A DNA stretch of 32,000 bases from Candidatus Heimdallarchaeota archaeon (GTDB lineage Archaea > Asgardarchaeota > Heimdallarchaeia > JABLTI01), in assembly GCA_030614005.1 (NCBI GenBank), contig JAUWKS010000026.1, positions 11,682 through 43,681 on the forward strand, read 5' to 3'. The position numbers and the translations under genes were made by a program. Of the stretch, positions 1-9,310 are shown piece by piece; position 1 is the first letter of the stretch, and every line of letters begins with the position of its first letter. The notes under the pieces were generated by a model that saw only the letters and a list, made by a program, of their open reading frames with translations, was not told where the DNA came from and ran no database searches.

Positions 1-818
1 ATTTTAATCAACATATCCTGTCGTGCAACCTCGCGTGCTGCAAGGTCAACAAAAGTGCTTAAATCTTGCACTCCCTTTAGCTCTACCCGGTGACCTCCTC
101 TGATGCTAATATTTACATCTTGTCTTACAACCCCAAGACCTCGTTTACCTATTCCACTTAATCTAAGGGTTAATCCGATATACTCCGCGGCTCGTTGAAG
201 GTCTTGTGGATTATCACAATCATTATGGTCAGTAATAACTTCTACAAGAGGCATTCCCAAACGATCTAGATTATAATATACTGTCCTACCAAAATTCTCA
301 GTTTTGATTTTTCTTGCAGAATCTTCTTCAACAGTAAGATTAGAGATGCGTAATTTTTTCCCTCTAATAGGAACCCAACCATCACGTGCTACAATCATTG
401 TTCTCTGAAAACCTGTGGTGATGGATCCATCAAGATATTGTTTTCTCGAGACAACTACTTCGTCCACTAATGCAGAGAAATTTAACCAATGGGCCAGTTC
501 GAATCCCAGATAAATAGCTTCATTATCAGGCCAAAAGGGTGGTTGCTCATCTTGCTCATAAACACAGACCGAATCCTCATAAGCATGATAGATGACTCGA
601 TATCCTTTTTCATATTCGATTAGCATTCCTTCGTCGAAATCACCCATCTCACCTAATACTGGTCGGAAATATCGTTCAAAACGATAGTCAGGTTCTCCAT
701 GACTGAGAACGGGTTTACAATGACAGAATAACTTTCTTTTTGTGTTTATTTGATGATGAACTTCAATGCCTGCTCTAAAGCCCATTTTCTTAAAATCTAT
801 TTTAGTTAGGTCTAGCAT
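1..818 (-). CDS. gatE: Glu-tRNA(Gln) amidotransferase subunit E (5' part; runs off the left edge of the window)
   Basis: Not in the ORF track. Manual reverse-strand translation from ATG at 818 gives MLDLTKIDFKKMGFRAGIEVHHQINTKRKLFCHC...RKQYLDGSITTGFQRT...EEDSARK...LDRLGMPLVEVIT...RQDVNISIRGG.RVELKGVQ, which carries the GatE/GatB motifs (G.E.HQ, RK...DGS..TGFQRT, LDRLG.PL.E, RQDVN.SI). GTGAG SD upstream. Confidence 0.95.
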   Translation of the reverse strand, partial: MLDLTKIDFKKMGFRAGIEVHHQINTKRKLFCHCKPVLSHGEPDYRFERYFRPVLGEMGDFDEGMLIEYEKGYRVIYHAYEDSVCVYEQDEQPPFWPDNEAIYLGFELAHWLNFSALVDEVVVSRKQYLDGSITTGFQRTMIVARDGWVPIRGKKLRISNLTVEEDSARKIKTENFGRTVYYNLDRLGMPLVEVITDHNDCDNPQDLQRAAEYIGLTLRLSGIGKRGLGVVRQDVNISIRGGHRVELKGVQDLSTFVDLAAREVARQDMLIK

Positions 819-1050
819 ATAATCTCACTGTTTCAATTGTGCTATTTACTGGTTGAAGAATCCCTTCAAATACTGACTAAATTAACTTTTCTGTAATCAA
901 AATCAGTAGTACAAGCCTTTGATTAAAAAATCTTTATTTTAATTAACAAATAAATCACCTAAAACCCAAATTGTTTTTTATAGGAATACGAATGCTAATA
1001 CTGGGAATATTTTTTTATATGAAAAACGGAACTTTAAATAATCGTGAGTA

Positions 1051-2214
1051 GTGTTTTCTATGTCGGCTCATAAATCTAAAAAAATGGAAAATATAAAAAC
1101 AGAAATACTTGTTGAAAAAGCAGATCCAAGTAAGGTACCACCTGTTATAATCGTCCATGGTGCCGGAAGCACAAAAATTGGTTTTGGTGGTGAACAATTT
1201 CCACGTTTTGTATTTCCAAGACAAAGCACCATTTTAAGCGACCGATTAAAACGCTTTCCACTTCAAGGTAGCTATACAACAAATGAAGAATGGTTGAAGG
1301 CTTATTGGCAAGCAATGATAATGAAATTAAGCACTGACCTCTCAGAGAGAAGAGTATTACTTAGCCTACCAACTGCTAATTTAACCGAATGCCCTTTTAG
1401 GGAATTGGCTCAAGAGTTCTTTTATGAAGACCTTCAAGCAAATCAGGTGGCTTTTGTATCAGATCCGTTTTTATCTTTAGTAGGTTATATCCCAAAAACA
1501 AAAAGTTTGACAGCACTAATAGTTGATATAGGTTTTTCACAAATCAGAATTGTACCTATTTATCAGTCAACAATTCTAGAAGACAAAATAGCCCAAATAT
1601 CATTTGGAGGATTTGACCTCACAAAAACTTTGGGGTTGTGGTTAAAAAATAAGGGATATGAAGGATCTCTGGATGCACTTTTCTTACGAGATATAAAAGA
1701 GAATTTTTGTTTAGTAAGACCATTTAAGCAGACGATGCCCGACACGGAAACTGAATCGTTTACGTATTCCATAGACAAATACAACTTTCAACTTACATCA
1801 GAACTCTGGAAATTAGCTGAATTATTTTTCTTTAAGGATTATTTTTCAAAGAAAGTAGAGATGTGTCCAAGAAGTACTTTTGAGGGAGAAAGATTCCCAC
1901 TAGATGAAATAACATTACCAAAAGCAATAGGTTTTGTTGTAAATAGTGTTGATGCAGAAATCTCTTCAAAACTAGTACAGAATATTTGTTTTACAGGTGG
2001 GGGTACAAAATTTAATGGAATTTATGAACGAATTCTTGAAGAATTCAAATTCCATTTTCCTGAATATAAATCTGAAGTTAAAATACATACACAATCTAAT
2101 AATGATCTCGTTCCTTACATCGGCGCGTCGAAATTATCAACTCTACCTTCCTTCCAAAATCATTGGCGAAACGCAGAAGAGTATGATGAAGGGTTATTTG
2201 ATTTATTTCTCTAA
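1051..2214 (+). CDS. Divergent actin-related protein (actin/Arp family)
   Basis: Actin-fold motifs in order: HGAGSTKIGFGGEQFPRFVFP (actin DNGSGxxKAGFAGDDAPRAVFP), LIVDIG..IRIVPIY, FGGFDLT, LRDIKENFC, CFTGGGTKFNG, YIGASKLSTLPSFQNHW...EEYDEG. Start uncertain (GTG 1051, ATG 1060 or ATG 1084). Confidence 0.9.
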   Translation: MFSMSAHKSKKMENIKTEILVEKADPSKVPPVIIVHGAGSTKIGFGGEQFPRFVFPRQSTILSDRLKRFPLQGSYTTNEEWLKAYWQAMIMKLSTDLSERRVLLSLPTANLTECPFRELAQEFFYEDLQANQVAFVSDPFLSLVGYIPKTKSLTALIVDIGFSQIRIVPIYQSTILEDKIAQISFGGFDLTKTLGLWLKNKGYEGSLDALFLRDIKENFCLVRPFKQTMPDTETESFTYSIDKYNFQLTSELWKLAELFFFKDYFSKKVEMCPRSTFEGERFPLDEITLPKAIGFVVNSVDAEISSKLVQNICFTGGGTKFNGIYERILEEFKFHFPEYKSEVKIHTQSNNDLVPYIGASKLSTLPSFQNHWRNAEEYDEGLFDLFL

Positions 2215-2966
2215 CTTTTCTTGGGTTGTTTTTTTCCATTACTATCAAATATAACAGGAATAATTTTACCATCTTCTATAGCAAAAATCTTATCTGCTTT
2301 TTTTGCTACGTCTAAATTGTGAGTCACAACCATAATTGTTATACTAAATTCTCTTTGTAAATCTCTCATAAGTTTGATAATTTTTTCACCTGTTTCTGAA
2401 TCCAAATTACCGGTTGGTTGATCTGCCAAAATGAGTTTCGGTTCATTAGCTAACGCTCGAGCAATTCCTACTCTTTGCTTCTCACCACTGGAAAGCTGTG
2501 TTGGAATGTGCTTTTTTCTTTTACTTAAACCAACTTTTTCTATTAGCTCATTTACTCGACGAACTCTTGATAATTTTTTTAAATTTTCTGCATAGATCAT
2601 TGGAAGCTCTATGTTCTGTTCAACTGTTAAAACTGAATGAAGATTTATATCTTGGAAAATAATGCCAACTTTTCTTCGAAATAACACTCTTTCTTCCTCG
2701 GTGAGAGATGAAATATCTTCACCATCATACCATATTTTTCCGCTCGTTGGTTTATCTAATCCTCCAATCAAATTCAATAATGTAGTTTTACCACTCCCTG
2801 AAGAACCAATTATTGCGATAAATTCATTTTCCATTACAATGAGATTTATTCCTTGAAGAGCTTCAACAGATGTCGATCTATCATCATAAGTTTTAGTTAG
2901 CTCTTCAATTAGAATGAGTATTTTTTGAGGAATACACAATGAAGGTGTATTTGTCATTTTAGGCAC
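2211..2966 (-). CDS. ABC transporter ATP-binding protein (LolD/MacB/FtsE-like), Walker-B E->Q
   Basis: Walker A GSSGSGKT, Q-loop IFQ, signature LSSGEKQRV, Walker B ILADQPTGNLD, H-loop VTH. Its TAG stop overlaps the convergent actin gene stop by 4 bp. Confidence 0.93.
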   Translation of the reverse strand: MPKMTNTPSLCIPQKILILIEELTKTYDDRSTSVEALQGINLIVMENEFIAIIGSSGSGKTTLLNLIGGLDKPTSGKIWYDGEDISSLTEEERVLFRRKVGIIFQDINLHSVLTVEQNIELPMIYAENLKKLSRVRRVNELIEKVGLSKRKKHIPTQLSSGEKQRVGIARALANEPKLILADQPTGNLDSETGEKIIKLMRDLQREFSITIMVVTHNLDVAKKADKIFAIEDGKIIPVIFDSNGKKQPKKS

Positions 2967-3675
2967 CCTCTTCTTTTTGAAAGTTTGTCAGTACAGAAGT
3001 AATTTTGCCATCTTCTAGGCCAAATGCTTGATCAGTAGCTTCTATGAACTGCCTCTTGTGTGAAACAATTATCATCGTTGTACCAAAATCTTCAGAAAGG
3101 GATTTCAAGTGATTGACTACCTCAACACTCGTAGATGTATCCAATTCTCCTGTTATTTGATCACCTAAGAGAATTTTTGGCTTATTTGCAATAGCGATTG
3201 CTAAACCAACTCTTTGTGCTTCTCCACCGGAAATTTGGTTTGGCTTGTGATTTTTTCGATGTGACAGTCCAAATCTATCTAATAGCTCGTACGCAATTTT
3301 CTTTTGCTCTTCCCTAGGTTTATTAGCAATTTGTAATGGAAGCATAACATTTTGCAAAACAGTATTTCCACTGATCAGATTATCTTTAGGTAGTTGCCAG
3401 AGATATCCTACCTGCTCTCTTCTAAATTTGATTAATTCCTTGTAAGTGAGATGAGTAATTTCTTTGTCATTAATTATAACGTAACCTGAACTAGGATTAA
3501 GTAAGCCGCCAAGTATTGAGAGCAAAGTAGTTTTTCCTGCACCACTCGGTCCAAATATCCCAACAAAATCACCTTCTTCTATTGTAAAACTGACACCATT
3601 GAGTGCGGAAATACCAAGTCTACTCACAGGGTTCACATAGACTTTCACTAAATCTACTACTTCAATTAGGGACAT
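2959..3675 (-). CDS. ABC transporter ATP-binding protein (LolD/MacB/FtsE-like), Walker-B E->Q
   Basis: Walker A GPSGAGKT, signature ISGGEAQRV, Walker B LLGDQITGELD, H-loop VSH. Confidence 0.93.
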   Translation of the reverse strand: MSLIEVVDLVKVYVNPVSRLGISALNGVSFTIEEGDFVGIFGPSGAGKTTLLSILGGLLNPSSGYVIINDKEITHLTYKELIKFRREQVGYLWQLPKDNLISGNTVLQNVMLPLQIANKPREEQKKIAYELLDRFGLSHRKNHKPNQISGGEAQRVGLAIAIANKPKILLGDQITGELDTSTSVEVVNHLKSLSEDFGTTMIIVSHKRQFIEATDQAFGLEDGKITSVLTNFQKEEGA

Positions 3676-3684
3676 TCTTTCACC

Positions 3685-6540
3685 TCAAGTTGCTCTCGCT
3701 AAGTCATTTATTTCCTTTTTAATTGTGTAATATGCTGGAATCATAGCGCTAATAGCAGCAATGACTAATGCTAATATTAGAATTATCAATAAAGACAACC
3801 AAGGAACATCTATAGTCAAAGGAGGCACTTGATTTCTACTATTGATAATATTTGAAATAATAGCTGAAACTGCGATGCCTAATGGCAAACCAATGCCAAT
3901 ACCAATTCCCATAATCAATAATGTCTCATACATAAAGGAATAGTATATCTCTTTGTTTCTCGCTCCTAATGCCCGAGTAATAGCTAATTCTTTCGACCTG
4001 TCAAATAGTATGAGAAGAGAATAAATGCTAATACCTGCGATGGTACAAATCATTGTTGTTAAGAAGGATGAATTAAGCATAGCATAAGTTGATAATCTTG
4101 CAGGCATTTCAAGATTACCAGCAGCACCATCTTCTGACACAACAATTTGGACAGATGGATATTTATCTTGAATCATTGCTGCAATTGCTACACCGGTATT
4201 CGGTTTTTTTTGTTTAATATACAGAGATTTAACGTAATACGAACATTGATAGTCATCTAGCAATCGATCAACTGTTAAAATGCTCCCAACGATATATTTC
4301 TGCGATGAAACCGATTCTGATAAGTCAGAACCAATTACAGTATTGGGGAAATATTTGAATTTTCCAATGATATTATAATGATTTCCTAGATGAGAAACAA
4401 AACTATTACCCACTCTTAAACCTGCATCTCTCAAGTTATCCTTTTGAACAAGAATATTACCCGGAGTTTTTAATTTCTTGATCAACGTCTTTAATGGTAA
4501 ATTGAAACCATACCTTAATGGTTGCATAAAGCCAGCATCCTGAAAAGTATCCGGATTAATGCCAAGCATAGTGGTAGTTGTTTTACCCCATCCTAAATTT
4601 ATTTCTGATTCTTCTACTGATATTATGTTTGAAACACTTGCAACACTATCCAAACTTTTTACATAATCTGCTATCTCATCTAGATTCAAATAATCGGTTA
4701 CAACAATGTCTGCACCTAAAACATAATCCCATCTTTGATGAGTGTTAAAATCGATAGTTGAAGGAACAACAGCACTAACTATACCAAAAGATAATGTAAC
4801 AATGATTAGAATCACTGCTCGAGAAGTTTGCTTTTTTTGATGAGTGAGATTTTTTAATGAAAGCGCAAAAGTTCCACCGCCTTTTGCCCAGAGTTTATCA
4901 CCAAGTTTTCTTATTGCAGGAGTGAAACCACGACTGATAAGCAAGCTTACTCCAACAACTATTGCAACAGGTGCGGTAACGCCAAAAATTAGTATCATTG
5001 TGGTTTGAATATCACCAGAAGTAAACTCAATTGCTATGAAATACATTGCTACGCTGAACACTGCATATATTCCGATTATTCTATCAAATCGAAATTCTTC
5101 CCAAATGGGTTTTTTCTTCCTTTCTTCTTCTCCAGCAACATTTTTCACTTTCAACCGGCTCAAACCAATAATTCTTGGAAGATTTATTATCAATGACAAA
5201 GTTATGCCTGAAGTTAGAATGATTATTATTAAAGCCCAAATAGCCGTATAACCATAATCTGCAACAGGCAAATCACTCTTAAACTCCATAAAACCACTTG
5301 TTTTTCCGATCAATTGCAATAATGGTATTCCTAAGAGTGAACCTAAAATTAACGAAATAGTAGTTGAAACACCCATCTCTAATAATAGTGCATAAAGAAC
5401 TTGTCTATTTGTTGCCCCTCTGGCTTTCAATAAATTAATGTGGTGAACATTTTGAGAGCGAACGATATTGAATGAGAAATTTATCATAAAGAATGCAATG
5501 GCAATTGGTGGAAAAGTTAGTACAAGAATAATTGTTTGAATGTAATTAAAGTCATCATAAAAGAGTTTCAAATTATAATTTATTCTACTGTAAACGAAAG
5601 TGAAATATGTATTTGTAGATTGTAGAACATTCGATTGAAGCGTATTTTCAAAATTAGCGTTTTTCAAATAGTCCTTGTTTTCTGAAAAAACTCCATAATG
5701 TGAATAGTCTACATCAATATTAACATAATATTTCTGCACCAAGCTTGCTGTTTCAACACCCATATCCTCTAATAAACCACCCACACCATCCAAGGTAGAT
5801 ATCATAATAATACTAGGCACTTTAACCAATGAATAACCGAATCTTCTCAAAAATTGATTGTAAACTGATCGGTAGTTAAACTCTAACGCGTAATAATCAA
5901 AAGGAATTCCACCAGCCAAAGTGATTTCATGATTGCCCGGTGCTAAATTACTTGAAATATTGAATTTGGAATCTTCAGGAACATAGATGTTATTTGTCCT
6001 ATGTAATCGAGTATAAATAATCAGTTGATGTGTACTATTCACTTCTGAAAAACCTATCGGTGAAATATATCTTAAGAATTGAATATCTTTTTCAGAAAGT
6101 CCGATGAGCGTTACATCACTTTCTACTATAGTGCCTGTTGATGTTCTTCTGTGATGAAGTGTAATATCTGTAACCGAACAAACTCTTGAGCTACCAATAA
6201 AATCATTGTAACCATTATCTGAAGCAATTTTTAGAAGATCTTTTTCTATAGCTTGATCAAATTCATTTGTAGGGTACCCATTATCATAAATTACTCCTTC
6301 AAAATCAGGACCAATATCAATTGCAATCGCTTCATCACTAATTACACCACCAAATAATCCTTTACTATATTGACCAGATAGAAAAGTTCCTAATAATGCT
6401 CCTTTGCTGCCTATAAGAAAAAGGATCATTTGAAACGAAACAGAGAGTGCAATAGTTAAACCAATAGTCGTTAGAAGTAATGACTTTTTGTTAGATCTAA
6501 GAGAAGATATGGCAATTTTCCAATTATTCCTAAGAGACAT
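3685..6540 (-). CDS. FtsX/MacB-like ABC permease with two FtsX-type halves
   Basis: 951 aa; N-terminal TM helix, two large extracytoplasmic domains, and two TM bundles preceded by the typical motifs LKARGATNRQV and RSKELAITRALGA. Confidence 0.9.
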   Translation of the reverse strand: MSLRNNWKIAISSLRSNKKSLLLTTIGLTIALSVSFQMILFLIGSKGALLGTFLSGQYSKGLFGGVISDEAIAIDIGPDFEGVIYDNGYPTNEFDQAIEKDLLKIASDNGYNDFIGSSRVCSVTDITLHHRRTSTGTIVESDVTLIGLSEKDIQFLRYISPIGFSEVNSTHQLIIYTRLHRTNNIYVPEDSKFNISSNLAPGNHEITLAGGIPFDYYALEFNYRSVYNQFLRRFGYSLVKVPSIIMISTLDGVGGLLEDMGVETASLVQKYYVNIDVDYSHYGVFSENKDYLKNANFENTLQSNVLQSTNTYFTFVYSRINYNLKLFYDDFNYIQTIILVLTFPPIAIAFFMINFSFNIVRSQNVHHINLLKARGATNRQVLYALLLEMGVSTTISLILGSLLGIPLLQLIGKTSGFMEFKSDLPVADYGYTAIWALIIIILTSGITLSLIINLPRIIGLSRLKVKNVAGEEERKKKPIWEEFRFDRIIGIYAVFSVAMYFIAIEFTSGDIQTTMILIFGVTAPVAIVVGVSLLISRGFTPAIRKLGDKLWAKGGGTFALSLKNLTHQKKQTSRAVILIIVTLSFGIVSAVVPSTIDFNTHQRWDYVLGADIVVTDYLNLDEIADYVKSLDSVASVSNIISVEESEINLGWGKTTTTMLGINPDTFQDAGFMQPLRYGFNLPLKTLIKKLKTPGNILVQKDNLRDAGLRVGNSFVSHLGNHYNIIGKFKYFPNTVIGSDLSESVSSQKYIVGSILTVDRLLDDYQCSYYVKSLYIKQKKPNTGVAIAAMIQDKYPSVQIVVSEDGAAGNLEMPARLSTYAMLNSSFLTTMICTIAGISIYSLLILFDRSKELAITRALGARNKEIYYSFMYETLLIMGIGIGIGLPLGIAVSAIISNIINSRNQVPPLTIDVPWLSLLIILILALVIAAISAMIPAYYTIKKEINDLARAT

Positions 6541-6945
6541 TCAACTCACCCTTCTTGTTTTTCAATTTAGATTATTAACTGAAAATCATAAATTAAAGTA
6601 AATCCCAATAATAATAACCAAGTTTGTATGGGGTAAAATTGCTTTTATATGTATTCAATTTTCTCATCTTCTTTTATTCAAAGAGATTGCTAAATAAATG
6701 GTAACTGTGAAAAAAAAGTCTTTTTGGATAAAAAAAGCTATTTTTGTCGCGACTTTTTGCCTATTTCGTAAATGACTTATATAGCTAACCTTGTTTTAAT
6801 CTATTACAATAATTTAGATTAAAAATCGACTAAAGTAATGCATTATTGTAAGAAATAGATTGTAGAGGATATCGAATTACCTAAAGAAAATAATAAGTTG
6901 TATAGGAATTTGTGCTTAAGAACTAGAGAATGCCGGTGAGAAATC

Positions 6946-7809
6946 TTGGTTGAACGAGGAATCAAAGAAATAGAAAACCCAGAGGAATTGCTCCAGTTGG
7001 GACTAGTATCCGGTATTAGAAGCGGTAAATTTTCAAATGCAGTAGAATTTTTCGAAAGAGCAATATTATTACAACCTAGCAATTGTAGAGCCTGGTTCTT
7101 ACTTGGTTTAGCTAATGATTGTCAAGAAAATCACGATAAGGGTATTGATTGTTATTTAAGAGCAATTGAACTTAATCCCGATTATGCTGAAGCTTTGGTT
7201 AATTTAGGAACAAATTACACAAAATTAGGGAAATTCGATATTGCCGTTTCATGTTTCAATGATGCATTAGATATAAAACCTGATTATTATGAAGCAATGA
7301 TTAACTTAGGATTATGTTATCTTGACAGAAGTGAACTGGAAAAAACAATAGACGTTTGCCAGAGAGCATTACTTTTCACTTCAACCTATCCTCTTGCATA
7401 CATTACTATGGGAAGAGCCTATCTAGAGCTTAACCAGTACGATAAATCATTAGAATTTTTCCAGAAAGCAAACGAAATAGATTCAGTAAATCATGAAACA
7501 TATAATTTTATTGGGTTAGTCTATATCAATATGAAAAATTTCAAAGAAGCTTTACACAATTTACTAAAGTCAATAAAATTAAATCCAGAATATTATGAGG
7601 CCTATAATAATTTAGGCGTAACACATGCTATGATGGGGAATCTCAAAAAAGCAATTATTTATTTCGAAAAAGCAGTTGGTATTCACCCTAATTATTATGA
7701 AGCTCTTCACAACTTAGCATCTGCATTTGAAGAATCAGGTGATTTCGATAAAGCAAATGAATATGGAGAGAGAGCTTATGATTGTGAAGAAAATCAAATT
7801 GATTACTAA
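6946..7809 (+). CDS. Tetratricopeptide repeat (TPR) protein
   Basis: About 7-8 tandem 34-aa repeats (e.g. AIELNPDYAEALVNLG, ALDIKPDYYEAMINLG, SIKLNPEYYEAYNNLG); TTG start with GGTGAG SD. Confidence 0.93.
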   Translation: MVERGIKEIENPEELLQLGLVSGIRSGKFSNAVEFFERAILLQPSNCRAWFLLGLANDCQENHDKGIDCYLRAIELNPDYAEALVNLGTNYTKLGKFDIAVSCFNDALDIKPDYYEAMINLGLCYLDRSELEKTIDVCQRALLFTSTYPLAYITMGRAYLELNQYDKSLEFFQKANEIDSVNHETYNFIGLVYINMKNFKEALHNLLKSIKLNPEYYEAYNNLGVTHAMMGNLKKAIIYFEKAVGIHPNYYEALHNLASAFEESGDFDKANEYGERAYDCEENQIDY

Positions 7810-7875
7810 ATTTACTCTTAATTGTTATTTGCTTTAATTATTTTTCTTTGATTTTACTAGTATCTGAAAAAACAA

Positions 7876-8034
7876 TTATTTCCATTCATATAAGCAATCA
7901 GTGCATCTGTTAGTTTTATGTTTTACAGCATTATTGATCCTTAAATCCATCCCGCTGCATGTTCTGCCAAGAGCTTGTTGGTTTGTTATTCTAGCTTCAA
8001 TATTTTCGGATTGGCATTTTGGGCATTTCATCAT
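7876..8034 (-). CDS. Small zinc-ribbon protein (52 aa), not in the ORF track
   Basis: Manual translation MMKCPKCQSENIEARITNQQALGRTCSGMDLRINNAVKHKTNRCTDCLYEWK; CxxC...CxxC pairs at the two termini. Confidence 0.7.
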   Translation of the reverse strand: MMKCPKCQSENIEARITNQQALGRTCSGMDLRINNAVKHKTNRCTDCLYEWK

Positions 8035-8155
8035 TATCTAATAAACAATTCAAATTAGTATTAAATTAATTTGTACAAATCTAAATTTTGTTTTAGTAGG
8101 TTTAAATAGAGAATTACACCAATTAACATAAGATGAAATCAATGGAGATTTTTGA

Positions 8156-8335
8156 ATAACCACAGTATTTGGATGGATTGTCGTTTGTGGAATTGCATCA
8201 TTAGTTGTTGTTGCAATACTTGGCATCATTCAATATATAATCAAACAAACGAATCGCGAAGTTTTGACTGCAGATTATGCTTCAAATTTGGAAATAGCTG
8301 GTCAGCAATCTCACCGATTAAAAGATTCAAAATAA
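8156..8335 (+). CDS. Small single-pass membrane protein (59 aa), probable ATA start
   Basis: Frame not in the ORF track: (I/M)TTVFGWIVVCGIASLVVVAILGIIQYIIKQTNREVLTADYASNLEIAGQQSHRLKDSK. One clean TM helix, GGAG at 8144-8147 (8 nt before ATA), and a downstream hairpin. Confidence 0.5.
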   Translation: MTTVFGWIVVCGIASLVVVAILGIIQYIIKQTNREVLTADYASNLEIAGQQSHRLKDSK

Positions 8336-8347
8336 ACTTCAAAGAAG

Positions 8348-8377
8348 AAAAGCTAAGAAAATTCTTTTCTAGCTTTT
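8348..8377. terminator. Candidate hairpin terminator between convergent ORFs
   Basis: AAAAGCTA(A)GAAAA-TTC-TTTTCTAGCTTTT: 13-bp stem with one bulge, just after the TAA at 8333-8335. Confidence 0.4.
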
Positions 8378-8439
8378 TCTAAGATTTTTAAAAATAATGC
8401 TTTAGAATGTTCTGATTGAAAAAGAAAAAAAGAGAAAAA

Positions 8440-8850
8440 TTAGAGGTTTATATATGGGTCACTGAGAATGACTATAAAGAAAATTGTACCATAAGTATGT
8501 AGAATAACCCCTATCGAGTTGAAAACTAATCCAATAATAGCTCTTTTTCTTCTTCCTTTTTTAACACTCATCGCTCCCAGGATAACTCCAACCACAACGA
8601 AAAATAAGAAAACACTATTGAATATTATCCAACCAAGCAAACCTCCAAACCAAGGGTGGAATGAATCAAAGAATATCACAAACCAGGAAAAAAGACCAAT
8701 CTCAAAACAACCGATTACCAAAGATATAGTTGAAAGAAGAGGGTAATGAGTATCGAGTTGGTTTACTCGAGGAGTGGTTTCACCACAAGAGGGACAAGTA
8801 GTACTCTCTTGATCAACATTCTCACCACAATTAATACATTTTCTTTTCAT
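8440..8850 (-). CDS. Zinc-ribbon domain membrane protein
   Basis: CINCG..CPSCG ribbon followed by three hydrophobic helices. Start moved from 8889 to ATG 8850, which has an AGGTGAT SD. Confidence 0.75.
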   Translation of the reverse strand: MKRKCINCGENVDQESTTCPSCGETTPRVNQLDTHYPLLSTISLVIGCFEIGLFSWFVIFFDSFHPWFGGLLGWIIFNSVFLFFVVVGVILGAMSVKKGRRKRAIIGLVFNSIGVILHTYGTIFFIVILSDPYINL

Positions 8851-8902
8851 ATAATCACCTATTTCTTCTAAATAGTTCTTTTTTTTCATTATTAATTTAT
8901 TG

Positions 8903-9151
8903 TTATTTTACCATTGAAGTAAAAAAATCAAGGTCCCAAAATGAAAACGGAGGTACTATTTTCTCATATATTTTTGCTCTTAATTCTTCTTCTTTTTCAA
9001 ATCTCAATAATTCTTTAATTATTGGTACAAATCCTTCACACTCTTCCAAATCATCAATATCATCATCTGACAAGAACTTAATTATCTCTTTTCTTTTTTC
9101 AGAGTTTTTTGATAAATCAAAGGTTTTTATTTCATCAACATATCCTTCCAT
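8903..9151 (-). CDS. Hypothetical small acidic protein
   Basis: 82-aa ORF with an ATG start, codirectional with the next gene; no recognised motif. Confidence 0.55.
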   Translation of the reverse strand: MEGYVDEIKTFDLSKNSEKRKEIIKFLSDDDIDDLEECEGFVPIIKELLRFEKEEELRAKIYEKIVPPFSFWDLDFFTSMVK

Positions 9152-9310
9152 TTAAAACCCACCAATTTTTTCAGATATTTGTATTTGGTTCTTTAATATA
9201 ATTCTATTGTTATCATCATATACATCATTAATATATAAGAGTCATAAAGAAAATGAGTAAGCTTTTTTTAGATAAAGTACTTAACTAAAGTATAAACGGA
9301 GAAATATGAA

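Noticed and set aside
1015-2856. Short overlapping ORFs 1015-1224, 1563-1784, 1997-2254 and 2662-2856
   Set aside because: Antisense or alternate-frame shadows of well-supported genes, with no motifs.
6698-6775. 25-codon ORF and the GTCGCGAC palindrome in the permease/TPR divergent intergenic region
   Set aside because: Too short, with no SD or recognisable motif; an 8-bp palindrome alone is not significant.
8152-8382. 76-aa ORF from the track
   Set aside because: Cys/Trp-rich, protein-unlike composition; the overlapping frame 8156-8335 gives a far more plausible TM protein.
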